Positions 1 through 9,864 are shown, numbered from the stretch's first letter. The stretch: DNA of 64,000 nucleotides from Candidatus Thermofontivivens primus (GCA_031458695.1 JAVKJW010000004.1:32001-96000), one strand, 5' to 3'. Notes: a model not told the origin generated them from the letters alone. Translations and numbers: made by a program.

Positions 1-33
1 CCGGCAAAGGGCAAAAGACTTTTGCCGGGGTTC
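1..33 (-). repeat. REP-like palindrome, family A (partial, at window edge)
   Basis: Minus strand GAACCCCGGCAAAAGTCTTTTGCCCTTTGCCGG matches the copies at 3288, 32195 and 48118; lies directly after the SDR stop codon. Confidence 0.75.
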
Positions 34-789
34 TTAGTACATGCTCATCCCGCCATCCACGACAAGCGTCTGCCCTGTGATATAACGGGCACGGTCCGAG
101 GCCAGGAAAACGGCTGCCCGAGCTACCTCCTCCGGAGTCGCGAACCGGCGCAGGGGGATGCGTTCGGCGATCTCGCGGCGGCGCTCAAGGGTGAGATAGG
201 CTTGAATGCGTGTCTCGGTATAGCCAGGGGCGATGGCATTGACCCGGATATGGGGGGCAAGCTCGGCAGCGAGGCACTTTGTGAGCATGAGGAGGCCGGC
301 CTTGGAGACGGCGTAATGGACGGCCCCTCCTCCGATGAGGCCACGCATGGAGCCGATGTTGAGGATCACCCCTCCTCCCTGCCGCTCCATGTACGGGAGG
401 ACGGCCTGCACGCACAGGAATGGCCCCTTGAGGTTCACAGCCATCATAGCGTCCCAGCTTTCCTCGGATAGCTCCCGGAATGGGGTCCGGTCGATGCGGC
501 CGGCGTTGTTGACGAGGATGTCGATACGGCCGAAGGCCTCGATCACCCGATGAACCATCTCCTGGACCTGGTCGTACCGGGAGACATCGGCACGCACGGC
601 GATGGCCTTTCCTCCAGCGTCTGTCAGCGCCCGTACGACAGAGAGGGCTTCCTCCTCCGAGGTATGGTAGTTCAAGGCCACCGCTGCGCCCTCACGGACG
701 AACGCGTGCACAATCGCGCGGCCGATCCCATGGGCAGCGCCAGTGACCAACGCGACTTTTCCAAGAAGGAGAGGCTTCTTCGCGTCCAT
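34..789 (-). CDS. Short-chain dehydrogenase/reductase (FabG-like)
   Basis: TGAAHGIG Rossmann motif, NNAG, YxxSK catalytic motif, C-terminal VDGG; start placed at MDAKKP (ORF track gives 816). Confidence 0.9.
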   Translation of the reverse strand: MDAKKPLLLGKVALVTGAAHGIGRAIVHAFVREGAAVALNYHTSEEEALSVVRALTDAGGKAIAVRADVSRYDQVQEMVHRVIEAFGRIDILVNNAGRIDRTPFRELSEESWDAMMAVNLKGPFLCVQAVLPYMERQGGGVILNIGSMRGLIGGGAVHYAVSKAGLLMLTKCLAAELAPHIRVNAIAPGYTETRIQAYLTLERRREIAERIPLRRFATPEEVARAAVFLASDRARYITGQTLVVDGGMSMY

Positions 790-916
790 CTCCGACTTCC
801 TCCCCTCTCTCCTCATTCGCGACCAGGAAAGGGTTTCCCTACATGTACCCTGCGGAGACGCCCACTTCCCAGGTGAGTGTGCGGTCCCATCTCTAATTGC
901 GACGAGTGGAGGTCGA

Positions 917-2071
917 TCATGTAGAGGAGAGGCCCCGGCGGTCGTAGGTGTAAATCCTCCCGTTGGCTCTGAGCTTCACCGGGTTCCTCCAAAGCGTGTG
1001 GACGGCCTTCAGGAAGAGGGCAATGCGCTTAGGATCCAGCTTCTTCTCCTCCTCACAGTGGGCGAGGACGAGCTCCCTCCCGTTGTGCCCTGGCTCTACC
1101 TCGACGTGCGGCTCGCCTTTGTAAAGCTTCTGGTGGATGAGCATCTCCTTGACCTGCTGGAGGTCGTAACTCTTGGTCTTCTCCTTGGGATCGTAGACGA
1201 AAATATCCAACCGCCGGACGAGGTCCTCGGTCAATACCTCGTCAATGAGGCGGACGTCCTCGTAGAAACTGCGCACCACCAGGACGCGTTCGTATCCCAT
1301 TGTCTCTTCGACGCGCTTGAACAGGCTGTACCCGATGAGATAGGGAGAGGGACGGTTGCAAAGCTGCATGGAGATGGACGCCCACTCCTTGGCGGTGAGG
1401 ATCTCACGGAGCAAGGTGGATTCCACGAAGGTGGCCCACCCCTCATTGATAATATGGGTCCGCTGGATGAGATCGAAGTACTCCGCTTCCTCTCGGATGA
1501 GTTGGAGGAGATGGTGTTCCCATGCCTCAAGGGGGGCTCTCTCCTCAAGGTAGTAGATGAGGCGTTTGCTCCGTTCTGCAGGGTTGCGCTCAAAGGCGTT
1601 GACCGTGCTGGCTACCGTGAGGCATGCGTCCAGGATCTTCTCGACACGGTCTAGTCCGTAGGTGCGCTCGTACTGGCGGATGATACGGGCGTGGAGCTCC
1701 GCCTCGTTCAGCATGTTCTTGTTGGACTTCTGGTACCAGTGGTTGTTCTTAAAGAAGTCGGCGTGGCCAAAGACGTGGGCGATCACGAGGACGTTCTGGA
1801 GGTAGGTGTTATTCTTCCGCAAGAAGGCGTACGAAGGGTTGGTGTTCAGCACCAGCTCCAGGATGTTGAAGACCTCTTTGCTCTGCTGGGTCACCAGCTC
1901 CTTGAACGTCCCACCCCAGTACCAGTGGATGAACCGGTTGGGCAGGCCCATGCTGGCAACCTCGGCGATCTCCTCTCCGTCGGACATACGGAAGTAGACA
2001 GGGTCGAAGCTCAGCCCCTTGTCGCGCGCTAGTGCCTCGATCCTCTCAATGATCGCCTGGTACTCCTCCAT
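917..2071 (-). CDS. spoVR: SpoVR/YcgB family protein
   Basis: AHVFGHADFFKNN and INEGWA motifs; downstream of yeaH and prkA homologues. Confidence 0.9.
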   Translation of the reverse strand: MEEYQAIIERIEALARDKGLSFDPVYFRMSDGEEIAEVASMGLPNRFIHWYWGGTFKELVTQQSKEVFNILELVLNTNPSYAFLRKNNTYLQNVLVIAHVFGHADFFKNNHWYQKSNKNMLNEAELHARIIRQYERTYGLDRVEKILDACLTVASTVNAFERNPAERSKRLIYYLEERAPLEAWEHHLLQLIREEAEYFDLIQRTHIINEGWATFVESTLLREILTAKEWASISMQLCNRPSPYLIGYSLFKRVEETMGYERVLVVRSFYEDVRLIDEVLTEDLVRRLDIFVYDPKEKTKSYDLQQVKEMLIHQKLYKGEPHVEVEPGHNGRELVLAHCEEEKKLDPKRIALFLKAVHTLWRNPVKLRANGRIYTYDRRGLSST

Positions 2072-3198
2072 GGGCGATTCCCTCCCCGCTGGCCCTTCAG
2101 AAAGGACAAGAACTCCACAAGCGCCGCTTTGATCGTCTCCATGTCCATGAGGTTCGCGAATGTGGCGTTGGGCCTTTTGCGGGCCATCTCCTGGACGACC
2201 TCACTGAACCCGCCGATCCCCCTCCCTCCAGGGTTGACGTGGCCGTAACAAACGAGGTCGAACTTCTCCAGGGCCTCCTCGTACTTCTGCCGAGCCAAGT
2301 CGAAGTCGCTGGAAGAGGTCTCCCCGTCTGTGAACATGAACAGGAATTTGTCGTACTCCGTGACCCCCTCCAGTAGCTCCATGGCCTTCTCGAAGCCGCT
2401 AGAGATATGCGTCCCTCCGCTCGATTCGACGCAGAAGAACTCCTCCCGAGTCTTCTCCTCCGCAACGTCCTGGAAGACAACGTACCGGCGCAGGTTGGTG
2501 GGGTAGCGCTTCTCCAGGTAGTACCAGAGGATGAAGATGGTCTTCCGCACGAGCGAGAGGTACTCCCCGCGCATGGACCCGGAGATATCCAGCACGTAGA
2601 TCTCAAGCGACCTGTGGTTCTGAAAGCTCGCTGGATCCTCCACGAAATACCAGCCGTCGTAGCGAAGATCCACATCGTAGTCCAGGACCCCGCGTTCGCG
2701 CACATTTCGCAGGAGCGAGTGTATCATCGTCTCCTCAAGGTTCAGGTCCGGGCGCAACCCAATCCTGTCCAGGTCGTCGAGCTCGGGGATGTCCTCCGTC
2801 TCCACCTCCCCCGACCTCATCGGCTCGTGAAAGGCAGGGAGCTCCAGCTCCTCGAGGAGAACTTCCTGGGCTAAGCGTACGAACTCGTCGAAGTCCAGCT
2901 CCACCCGGAGCTCCTTGCCGTGGTGGTCTCCTCCCAGAATTCCTCCGAGCACCACGATCTCCTCGTCGGAGACCTTTCCTCCCTTCCCCTTTCCTTGCCC
3001 TCCCGGCCCTTGGGCCAGGACCGGCAACTCCTCGCCGTACTTGAGCGTGGGGAGGTCAAGGGTCGTAATCTGGGTCTTGACTTTCCCGTTGACGACCAGT
3101 TCCTTCTGCTGGATCAATTCGTTGAGGTTTTGCTTGAGGTACTCCCGGAGGAGCTGGTCGTGCTTATACTGGGCAAGCCTGCCACGATGGATCCGCAT
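2029..3198 (-). CDS. yeaH: YeaH/YhbH (DUF444) vWA-like protein
   Basis: Gly-rich GQGKGKGG linker, DISGSM MIDAS, ESSGGT and TDGE motifs; RBS GAGGAGAGAGGA before ATG 3198. Confidence 0.85.
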   Translation of the reverse strand: MRIHRGRLAQYKHDQLLREYLKQNLNELIQQKELVVNGKVKTQITTLDLPTLKYGEELPVLAQGPGGQGKGKGGKVSDEEIVVLGGILGGDHHGKELRVELDFDEFVRLAQEVLLEELELPAFHEPMRSGEVETEDIPELDDLDRIGLRPDLNLEETMIHSLLRNVRERGVLDYDVDLRYDGWYFVEDPASFQNHRSLEIYVLDISGSMRGEYLSLVRKTIFILWYYLEKRYPTNLRRYVVFQDVAEEKTREEFFCVESSGGTHISSGFEKAMELLEGVTEYDKFLFMFTDGETSSSDFDLARQKYEEALEKFDLVCYGHVNPGGRGIGGFSEVVQEMARKRPNATFANLMDMETIKAALVEFLSFLKGQRGGNRPWRSTRRSLRGSRH

Positions 3199-3287
3199 TC
3201 CTCTCTCCTCTGTGCTCGCCACGATCGCACCTTTCGAAGGAGCCCCGCAAAACCTTTGGACTAGGTCCGGAGAGGCCCCGTTTCTCA

Positions 3288-3384
3288 GTACCCCGGCAAA
3301 AGTCTTTTGACTTTTGCCGGGAGCCCCCTTGAAAGAAATAAACGACCCCCAGCAAAATCTCGACGAAAGATTTTGCTGGGCTAC
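3288..3384. repeat. REP doublet (REPIN-like), family A
   Basis: GTAC-CCCGGCAAAA...TTTTGCCGGG hairpin, a spacer, then an inverted GTAG-CCCAGCAAAA...TTTTGCTGGG hairpin. Confidence 0.8.
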
Positions 3385-3499
3385 ATCCTCCGTCCACCGC
3401 TTCCCTCTCTATCATACCATCGGCAGGGAAGAAACATTCCTGGAGATGCGCCGTCCTTCGGCATTCCGGCATCACGCTCGCGATTTCTGCGAGAGCTCT

Positions 3500-5170
3500 T
3501 CAGAAGCTACGCCCGATGATTCGGAAGAGGGAGCGGGCACAGTTCTGGCAATACCCATAGTCCCGGATCGCACTCGCGTAGAGGACATCGAGGATCTCCC
3601 GACTCCTCGAGTCCAGCTCCTCGCTCTTCTCATAGAGGCGCAGGCAGTTTTTGATCTTGTTGAAGACGAGCTCATTGATGGCCGGGCGCAGATGCTCATG
3701 ATCCTTGTAGCTCATTTTCATCAGCTCGTCCTTGCGTTCCAGGAGAACGTTCTCGAAAGCCACCCTCCCCTGGCGGCTGATCAGGCGTTTCTGCACCAGC
3801 ACGCCCTCCACCTCGTCGATGAGCTCCTTTTCCCCCTCTGAAAGGGGCTCTCCCACGACGTTCCGGCTGACGGCCTCCAAGTAGTTGAGGTAGAGGTTCT
3901 GCCCGTAGTCAGCAAAGTAGACGGGGACGATCTCCTCCACGATCATCTCCACTTTCTTATTGATGAAGTCCATCTTGGCCTCCTCGAACAGCTTGAGCTG
4001 CTCCTTCAGGTTGAGGTCCTTGATGGACTGGTGCTCGAATGTACGCTCAATGGCTTGGGCGATGTGCTCCAGGTCGATGCACGATCCAGAGATCGTGTAC
4101 GCGAAGGAGAAGGCGTCTTCAAAGAACCTCGGGGACAGGCCGCGGAGGCCTCCGGACTCCTCCCGGGTTTTGAGGGCGAACCGCGCAGCCAGCTCGTACA
4201 CATCCTCGGGAACGTGCTTGTTCTCCCCCCGGATCCTGTTCGCCCGCTCGATGAGTGCTTTGTAGATGTTCTTCTCTCCCTCAAGGTCGGTGTTGTAGGG
4301 GAAGTCGATCTTGTGGATCCGCCCTCGCAGCGGCTCCATAATGTCCTCAGAGAGGAAGACATTGTACTCCGGGTAATTGCTGTGCCCGATGACCACACAG
4401 TCCACGTGGACAGTAGGGAAGTTAGGGAAATCGATCCGCTTGGACTGAATGAGCTCGAGGAGCAAGGAGAGGAGCTGGCGTCTGCTCTTAAAGACCTCTG
4501 TCCAATCCAGGATCCCCCGGTTCGCCCAGATGACCTTCCCTTCGAAGTCGTAGGCGTCCGGGTCATAGGTTGAGCCCTTCTCCTTGAGCATGGCGAAGTT
4601 AATGTTCCCGATGAAGTTGGTGATGTCTTCCCGGCGGAGGTCGGTGGGGGTGTGCTTGGCGACGCCAACCTTGTCCTTGGCGGAGATGAAGATGCGCTTC
4701 ACAGGGACAAGAGCCCACCCACCGTACTTCTGGATGAGGCGGTCGCACACGGGACAAGGCACGGCCTCCTCATGCCAGTAAATCCCCTCCCGCTCGCGGA
4801 CTTCAGGAGGGACGAGATCGAAAGGGTGCTGGTGGAACGGACACCCATCAATGGCGTAGAGAGCACCGTCCTTGGTCCTGGAGTACTCCTCTAGTTTCCG
4901 CTTCAGTTTGTCCACGGTCATCGACTTCCCTGATCCCTGTGGCCCCACCAGAAGCAGCAGGCGACGCTCCATGCTCATGGAGTACCCTTTGAAGTAGGCC
5001 ACGATGTCGTCGAGCTGCTTGTCCATGCCGTAGATCCCCTCGAAGACCTTTTCGCGGCCGTAGTAGTCGAGCATATCTGCAATATAATGGTGCGTCGTCC
5101 TGGCCAGACGTTTATCTCTCTTAGCCTCCTGAAGGTAATCGTGGACTGTTTGAATCCTGGACATCCCCAT
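3500..5170 (-). CDS. prkA: PrkA/YeaG AAA+ serine protein kinase family
   Basis: LLLVGPQGSGKS Walker A, GCPFHQHP, WANRG, IGHSN and PYN motifs; start at MGMSRIQ. Confidence 0.9.
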   Translation of the reverse strand: MGMSRIQTVHDYLQEAKRDKRLARTTHHYIADMLDYYGREKVFEGIYGMDKQLDDIVAYFKGYSMSMERRLLLLVGPQGSGKSMTVDKLKRKLEEYSRTKDGALYAIDGCPFHQHPFDLVPPEVREREGIYWHEEAVPCPVCDRLIQKYGGWALVPVKRIFISAKDKVGVAKHTPTDLRREDITNFIGNINFAMLKEKGSTYDPDAYDFEGKVIWANRGILDWTEVFKSRRQLLSLLLELIQSKRIDFPNFPTVHVDCVVIGHSNYPEYNVFLSEDIMEPLRGRIHKIDFPYNTDLEGEKNIYKALIERANRIRGENKHVPEDVYELAARFALKTREESGGLRGLSPRFFEDAFSFAYTISGSCIDLEHIAQAIERTFEHQSIKDLNLKEQLKLFEEAKMDFINKKVEMIVEEIVPVYFADYGQNLYLNYLEAVSRNVVGEPLSEGEKELIDEVEGVLVQKRLISRQGRVAFENVLLERKDELMKMSYKDHEHLRPAINELVFNKIKNCLRLYEKSEELDSRSREILDVLYASAIRDYGYCQNCARSLFRIIGRSF

Positions 5171-5258
5171 CGCCCCTTGACAACCCCTTCCCGTGGACCG
5201 GGTATTTGAACAGAAGTTGGAGCAACTCCCGGGCCATCCTCGTGGCTGTTTAGGGAGC

Positions 5259-5287
5259 AGTATAGCCGGGGCATTCTCACCTGTCAA
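5259..5287 (-). promoter_or_regulatory. sigma70-type promoter for prkA
   Basis: TTGACA-17 nt-TATACT on the minus strand. Confidence 0.7.
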
Positions 5288-5444
5288 ATGGGGTTTGAGA
5301 GTGTATGAAGACATATGTCCATGGCTTGTGGAGCTAGAAGAAGATCTCGCGCGTTTTTGCCGTGACCTGCGGGAAAAACTGCATCCTGGCTGGAGTCAGA
5401 CGAGTGCGAACATTCGCGGGAGATCCACCCTCCGAGATCCTCGC

Positions 5445-6722
5445 TCACGATGCCAGCTGGAGGAGAAGGGGGAGGATGTCGATCCCTTTGAGATGGCCAA
5501 GGCTCCCGTTGCTTGCCTCGCGTTCCCCAAAGGACCTGGTCCCATCTGCAGAGATCCCTCCTCCAGAGACAAGGAGGGGTACAGGATCATCTGAGTGGCC
5601 TCGGAGGCTGCAAGGTGTAGCGTGGTCAGCGGTCACCGCAATGAGAACTTGCTGAAGATCCAGGCTAGGTAGCAATGTGCCGAAGAACGCGCGGTCGATC
5701 TCCTCGATCATCTCCTTCTTGCGTCGGAAGTCGCCGTCGTGACCGGGCTCATCAGGCCCCTTGAGGTGGAGGTAGATACCTTCGTAGTTCTGGATGGCAT
5801 CGAGGGCCATCTCTGCCCAACGGCGGTAGGCCTCCGGCCGCCCCCCGGGAACAGGAGGAACCTCGATCACGGTCATCCCCAACAAGCTTGCAATCCCTCG
5901 CTCCACGGGCATCTCGACAAAGCAAGCGAAGCTCCTCCCAAAGACCTCCTGGAAGGAGGGAGCCTCTGGGAGGCGGTCGCCTGCGTCCCGGAGGAGGATG
6001 ACGTTGGCCGGGAGCCTCCCCTCCTTCCGGCGCCGCTCGTTAATGGGGTGATGCTCCAGAACCTCGCGACTCCTCCAGGTGAACTCGTTCACCAGCGCCG
6101 CCGCGATCCTGGCCTCTTCGCTCTCGTCCAGCGGCCGGGCGCGTTCGACCTCGTTGCTCTCCCCTGCCCTGGCGACACCCAGACCCCCCAGGCGTTCGTA
6201 GGCGGGGTCTGTGTTGGTGATATTCGCGGAGAGCCTTCCCTCCCGGGGAAAAAGGACGAGGACGCAGCGGTGGCCAATGGTGGCACGGAAGTCAAATGTC
6301 ACAGGGGCTTCTGTGAGCTGGACCTGAGCGCAGACAGCCTCGGCGAGCGCATGTGCCTCCGCCGAGGTCAGGTCCCGACCGGCACGGCGGTCCCGCAGGA
6401 TCCACCCATCGTCCACGGTGGCGAAGTTCCCCCGCAGGGCAAGATCTCCTTCTCTCATGCGGATTCCCACCCCAAGAGCCTCAAGGGGCCCACGGCCCGT
6501 ATGGTATCGGTGGGGATCGTAGCCGAGCACGGCCATGACTGCCACATCCGACTCCGGGGCGATCCCTGGCCCGACGGTGGTCACGAGGCCCTGACGCCCT
6601 TGCTGGGCCAGTTGGTCTAGGTGCGGAGTGCGCGCGGCTTCGAGGGGGGTCCTCCCATCCAGCTCAGGAAGCGGGCGGTCGCCGAGGCCATCGATGATCA
6701 CGTACAGGATTCGTTTCCTCAT
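5445..6722 (-). CDS. apgM: 2,3-BPG-independent phosphoglycerate mutase, archaeal ApgM type
   Basis: IDGLGD, TPLEAA, PESD (phospho-Ser), TGRGPLEALG, DEPGHDG and TADHATP motifs; start at MRKRIL. Confidence 0.9.
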   Translation of the reverse strand: MRKRILYVIIDGLGDRPLPELDGRTPLEAARTPHLDQLAQQGRQGLVTTVGPGIAPESDVAVMAVLGYDPHRYHTGRGPLEALGVGIRMREGDLALRGNFATVDDGWILRDRRAGRDLTSAEAHALAEAVCAQVQLTEAPVTFDFRATIGHRCVLVLFPREGRLSANITNTDPAYERLGGLGVARAGESNEVERARPLDESEEARIAAALVNEFTWRSREVLEHHPINERRRKEGRLPANVILLRDAGDRLPEAPSFQEVFGRSFACFVEMPVERGIASLLGMTVIEVPPVPGGRPEAYRRWAEMALDAIQNYEGIYLHLKGPDEPGHDGDFRRKKEMIEEIDRAFFGTLLPSLDLQQVLIAVTADHATPCSLRGHSDDPVPLLVSGGGISADGTRSFGEREASNGSLGHLKGIDILPLLLQLAS

Positions 6723-6738
6723 CGGATCCACTCCCTCC

Positions 6739-7611
6739 TTACCCTCCTTGGAATGCACGGAGGAACTCCCTGCTGATCCGCCCCTGGTAGATCTCCTGGG
6801 CATCGCCGATGATCTGAATGGTCCAATCCTCACGCACGGACACCTCAAGCTCCCCTCCAGGCATGGCCACGACCGCTTGCCGCTCCAGGTAGCCCCGGCG
6901 CACCCCTGCGGCAACCACTGCGGAGGCGCTCGTCCCTGAAGCAAGGGTCTCCCCAGCCCCACGCTCCCAAATGAGGATGGAGACACGGCGAGGGGATTCC
7001 ACCTTGGCGAACTGGACGTTTGTCCGGTGGGGAAAGATGGGATGGTGCTCGAGCTGCGGACCCAACCGGCGGAGGTCCTCTGTCGAGAGCTCGGGGACAA
7101 AGACCACACAGTGGGGGTTGCCCACGGAGAGGGCAGTGATGGGGAGACGCTCCCCGCCCACCTCAACCTCTTCCAGGAGGACCTCCCGGGCTGGCCCTAC
7201 CACGGGGATCTCCGTGCTAGAGAACGTGGCCTTCCCGATCTCCACGGCAATCCGTTGGACGGCGCCGTCCCGCACGTCCAGGGTGATCTCCACGAGGCCG
7301 CCCAGGGTCTCCACGGTAAAGGTCGTCTTGGTGGTATAGCCGTGATCGTAGAGGAACTTCCCAAAGATGCGCAGGCCGTTCCCGCTCTTCTCCGCCTCGC
7401 TCCCATCTGGGTTAAAGATGCGCAGGCCGAAGTCGCCTCGTTGGCTCGGAGCGAGGGCGAGGATCCCATCGGACCCGATCCCCTTGTGCCTGTCGCAGAG
7501 CCGCTGGATCGCCTGTGCCGAGAGGGGGAAGGTCAGCTTCGCCGGATCTACGACGATGTAGTCGTTTCCCAGGGCATGGCTTTTGACAAAGGTATTCTCT
7601 TCCTCAAGCAC
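6739..7611 (-). CDS. dapF: Diaminopimelate epimerase-family protein with Ser in place of both catalytic Cys
   Basis: HALGNDY, GIGSDG, NPDGSEAEKSGNG, GNPHCV, TNV and WERGAGETLASGT motifs. Confidence 0.85.
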   Translation of the reverse strand: MLEEENTFVKSHALGNDYIVVDPAKLTFPLSAQAIQRLCDRHKGIGSDGILALAPSQRGDFGLRIFNPDGSEAEKSGNGLRIFGKFLYDHGYTTKTTFTVETLGGLVEITLDVRDGAVQRIAVEIGKATFSSTEIPVVGPAREVLLEEVEVGGERLPITALSVGNPHCVVFVPELSTEDLRRLGPQLEHHPIFPHRTNVQFAKVESPRRVSILIWERGAGETLASGTSASAVVAAGVRRGYLERQAVVAMPGGELEVSVREDWTIQIIGDAQEIYQGRISREFLRAFQGG

Positions 7612-8602
7612 CGCACCCTCGCCTCCCTTCCTGCCCCCCATCCCTTCCCCCGCTGCGGCGGAGGGCAGATTGGATCACCCGGTCGAGGAGAGCTGGGAAG
7701 TCTATCCCTGCAACCTTCGCCGCTTGCGGAAGGAGGCTCGTCCTCGTCATCCCCGGGATGGTGTTCACCTCCAGGACCAGCACCTCCTCCCCCCGCAAGA
7801 ACATATCCACACGGCCCATATCCCGGCAACCAAGCGCCCGGTACGCCCTCACGGCGATCTCCTGGGCGCGCCCCGCGAGATGCGGAGGAATCCGCGCGGG
7901 GCAAATCTCCTCCGTCGCCCCAGGGGTGTACTTAGCCTCATAATCAAAGAACTCCCGCTTTGGCACGATCTCGATGAGAGGGAGGGCCTCGGGGAGGCCT
8001 GTATGGGGGTCGTCAAGGATCCCACAAGTGATCTCCGTGCCCGCGATACGCTCCTCGACGAGGGCCGCCTGACTATACCGAAAAGCAACCTCGAGGGCCT
8101 CAGAAAAGCCAGAAGGGTTGTGCACAATAGAGACCCCGATGCTCGACCCCTGGTCCGCGGGCTTGACGACGCAGGGGAATCCGATGGTTGAGGCTACCTG
8201 GTCGAGGAGATCACCGGGGGCGCTCCTCCACTCCCTTTCTTGGAAGGAGAGGTAGCGAGGCACCGGGATGCCATGCCACTGGAAGATCTGCCGGCTACGA
8301 ATCTTGTCCATGGCCAGGGCACTGGACAGGACCCCTGATCCGGTGTAGGGGACATCCAAGAGCTCGAGGAAACCCTGCACCGTCCCGTCTTCACCGTAGG
8401 GGCCGTGCAGGGCGATGAATACGAGATCGACCCCCGCGAGGGTCTCCAGGAGACGGGATCCTCTCCACTCCGTGACCTCCACGGGAATGACGGTATACTT
8501 CTCTGGGTCGAGGGCGGAAACGATGTTCTGTCCGCTCTGCAAGGATACCTCCCTCTCTGCCGAGGTCCCTCCCATTAGGACAGCCACTTTCAACCTGCTC
8601 AT
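7604..8602 (-). CDS. ddl: D-alanine--D-alanine ligase
   Basis: GGTSAEREVS, LHGPYGEDG, GSSIG, FFDYEAKY and EVNTIPG motifs. Confidence 0.93.
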   Translation of the reverse strand: MSRLKVAVLMGGTSAEREVSLQSGQNIVSALDPEKYTVIPVEVTEWRGSRLLETLAGVDLVFIALHGPYGEDGTVQGFLELLDVPYTGSGVLSSALAMDKIRSRQIFQWHGIPVPRYLSFQEREWRSAPGDLLDQVASTIGFPCVVKPADQGSSIGVSIVHNPSGFSEALEVAFRYSQAALVEERIAGTEITCGILDDPHTGLPEALPLIEIVPKREFFDYEAKYTPGATEEICPARIPPHLAGRAQEIAVRAYRALGCRDMGRVDMFLRGEEVLVLEVNTIPGMTRTSLLPQAAKVAGIDFPALLDRVIQSALRRSGGRDGGQEGRRGCGA

Positions 8603-9627
8603 CTCCTCGACACCTCGCCCTGGCGTTGCGCTCCCGCTTCCCGCCATGACTGGATGCGCTTCCGGAGGAAGGCAATGGCCCCATCGCTCAGCACGCTGGC
8701 GAAGGGGATAACCTCGATGCCTGCAGGAAGGAGCTCGACGATCCTCTCCAGAACCTTAGGGGAGGCCAGGACGACATCACACCGGCTCAGAGCCTTCCGC
8801 AAGCCGTCCTTGTCTTCCAGCGTCGCAGGGATCAGTCGGATCCCCCGGATGCCAACGGCCCGGATCGACCGTTCCTTGCTGCGTACCCCTTCCCATGTGG
8901 CACAGACCAAGGCCACGCTGCGGCCGGAGAGCGAAGACAGGCGGAAGAGCGTAGAGAAATCCGGCAAGGCCACCAGGCCGATCACCTCCCGGCCTGGCAG
9001 GATCCGCCGGACCTCCTCGAGGTGGAAGAACGTCGTCACCACGATGTCCACCTCCGGGATCATCCCCAAGGCAAGATCGGAAAGGAGGATGGGAACGATG
9101 GGAACGGAAACGGCCCTCTCGAGCTCTCGAGTGAAATACGCCAAGTCGGAGGGGTTGCACTCGACAAGCCCCAGCCGGGGGCGCTGGGCATGGGCCTCCT
9201 CCCGGACCTCGGCACTCGCGGAGAGCAGCACCTGCAGGTCCGATGCGGTAAGCCCCATTTCTTCCGCGGCGGTAAGAAGGCGGTCGATGAGACGATGGAT
9301 CTCCTCCGCCTGGGAGGGTGAGAGGGCTTTGGCAACGAAGGTCCCCCGTCCCGCGGCAGCCGTGAGGTAGCCTTCCTGGATGAGCTGTCGATAGACGCGC
9401 GCGACGGTATTGCGGTTCACTCGGAGGAATCCGGCCAAAGTGCGCACAGGAGGGAGGCGATCGCCACCCTGGAGTTTCCCGGAGATGATCAAGTATTTAA
9501 TCTGGGCGCTCAACTGCGCGGCCATGGAGAGCGCATGGTCGGGCCGGAGGACAAGAGGTCTCCTGATCAGGGTTCCAACCCCACCTGCATCCCGCAATGT
9601 GGTGCTTCCAGGAGAGGCCTGGCCCAC
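8599..9627 (-). CDS. GntR-family (YtrA-like HTH) regulator with long C-terminal domain
   Basis: LPPVRTLA..LRVNRNTVARVY..L..EGYL....GRGTFV winged HTH; GGAGGT RBS before GTG 9627. Confidence 0.85.
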   Translation of the reverse strand: MGQASPGSTTLRDAGGVGTLIRRPLVLRPDHALSMAAQLSAQIKYLIISGKLQGGDRLPPVRTLAGFLRVNRNTVARVYRQLIQEGYLTAAAGRGTFVAKALSPSQAEEIHRLIDRLLTAAEEMGLTASDLQVLLSASAEVREEAHAQRPRLGLVECNPSDLAYFTRELERAVSVPIVPILLSDLALGMIPEVDIVVTTFFHLEEVRRILPGREVIGLVALPDFSTLFRLSSLSGRSVALVCATWEGVRSKERSIRAVGIRGIRLIPATLEDKDGLRKALSRCDVVLASPKVLERIVELLPAGIEVIPFASVLSDGAIAFLRKRIQSWREAGAQRQGEVSRR

Positions 9628-9643
9628 GTGGAGACCTCCAGAG

Positions 9644-9695
9644 ATTGTCATAGTAAAACTATGACAATTATCCGTTCTCCCCGCTGCCTTGTCAA
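9644..9695 (-). promoter_or_regulatory. Promoter plus palindromic operator of the gntR-ddl-dapF-apgM operon
   Basis: TTGACA-17-GATAAT (9695-9667) abutting the perfect inverted repeat ATTGTCATAGT-AAA-ACTATGACAAT (9644-9668). Confidence 0.8.
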
Positions 9696-9746
9696 CGGGA
9701 AAATGAGCCAAATTTCCCAGAACAGTTGGAACTGGAGCAAATCTGC

Positions 9747-9775
9747 TTGACGGGCCCTTGGGGGAAGGGTATAAT
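9747..9775 (+). promoter_or_regulatory. sigma70 promoter for the S1-domain gene
   Basis: TTGACG-17-TATAAT. Confidence 0.75.
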
Positions 9776-9864
9776 TTCCATCGCAATCGACCGGCATCTT
9801 GAGGGAAGTCCTGGGGATGCGCGGTCCGTGGATCTCAGATAGGAGGGAGGATGCCGAAGGACTG

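Noticed and set aside
7604..8602. VanA-type D-Ala-D-Lac ligase
   Set aside because: The omega loop FFDYEAKY retains the Tyr typical of D-Ala-D-Ala ligases; no vanH or vanX nearby.
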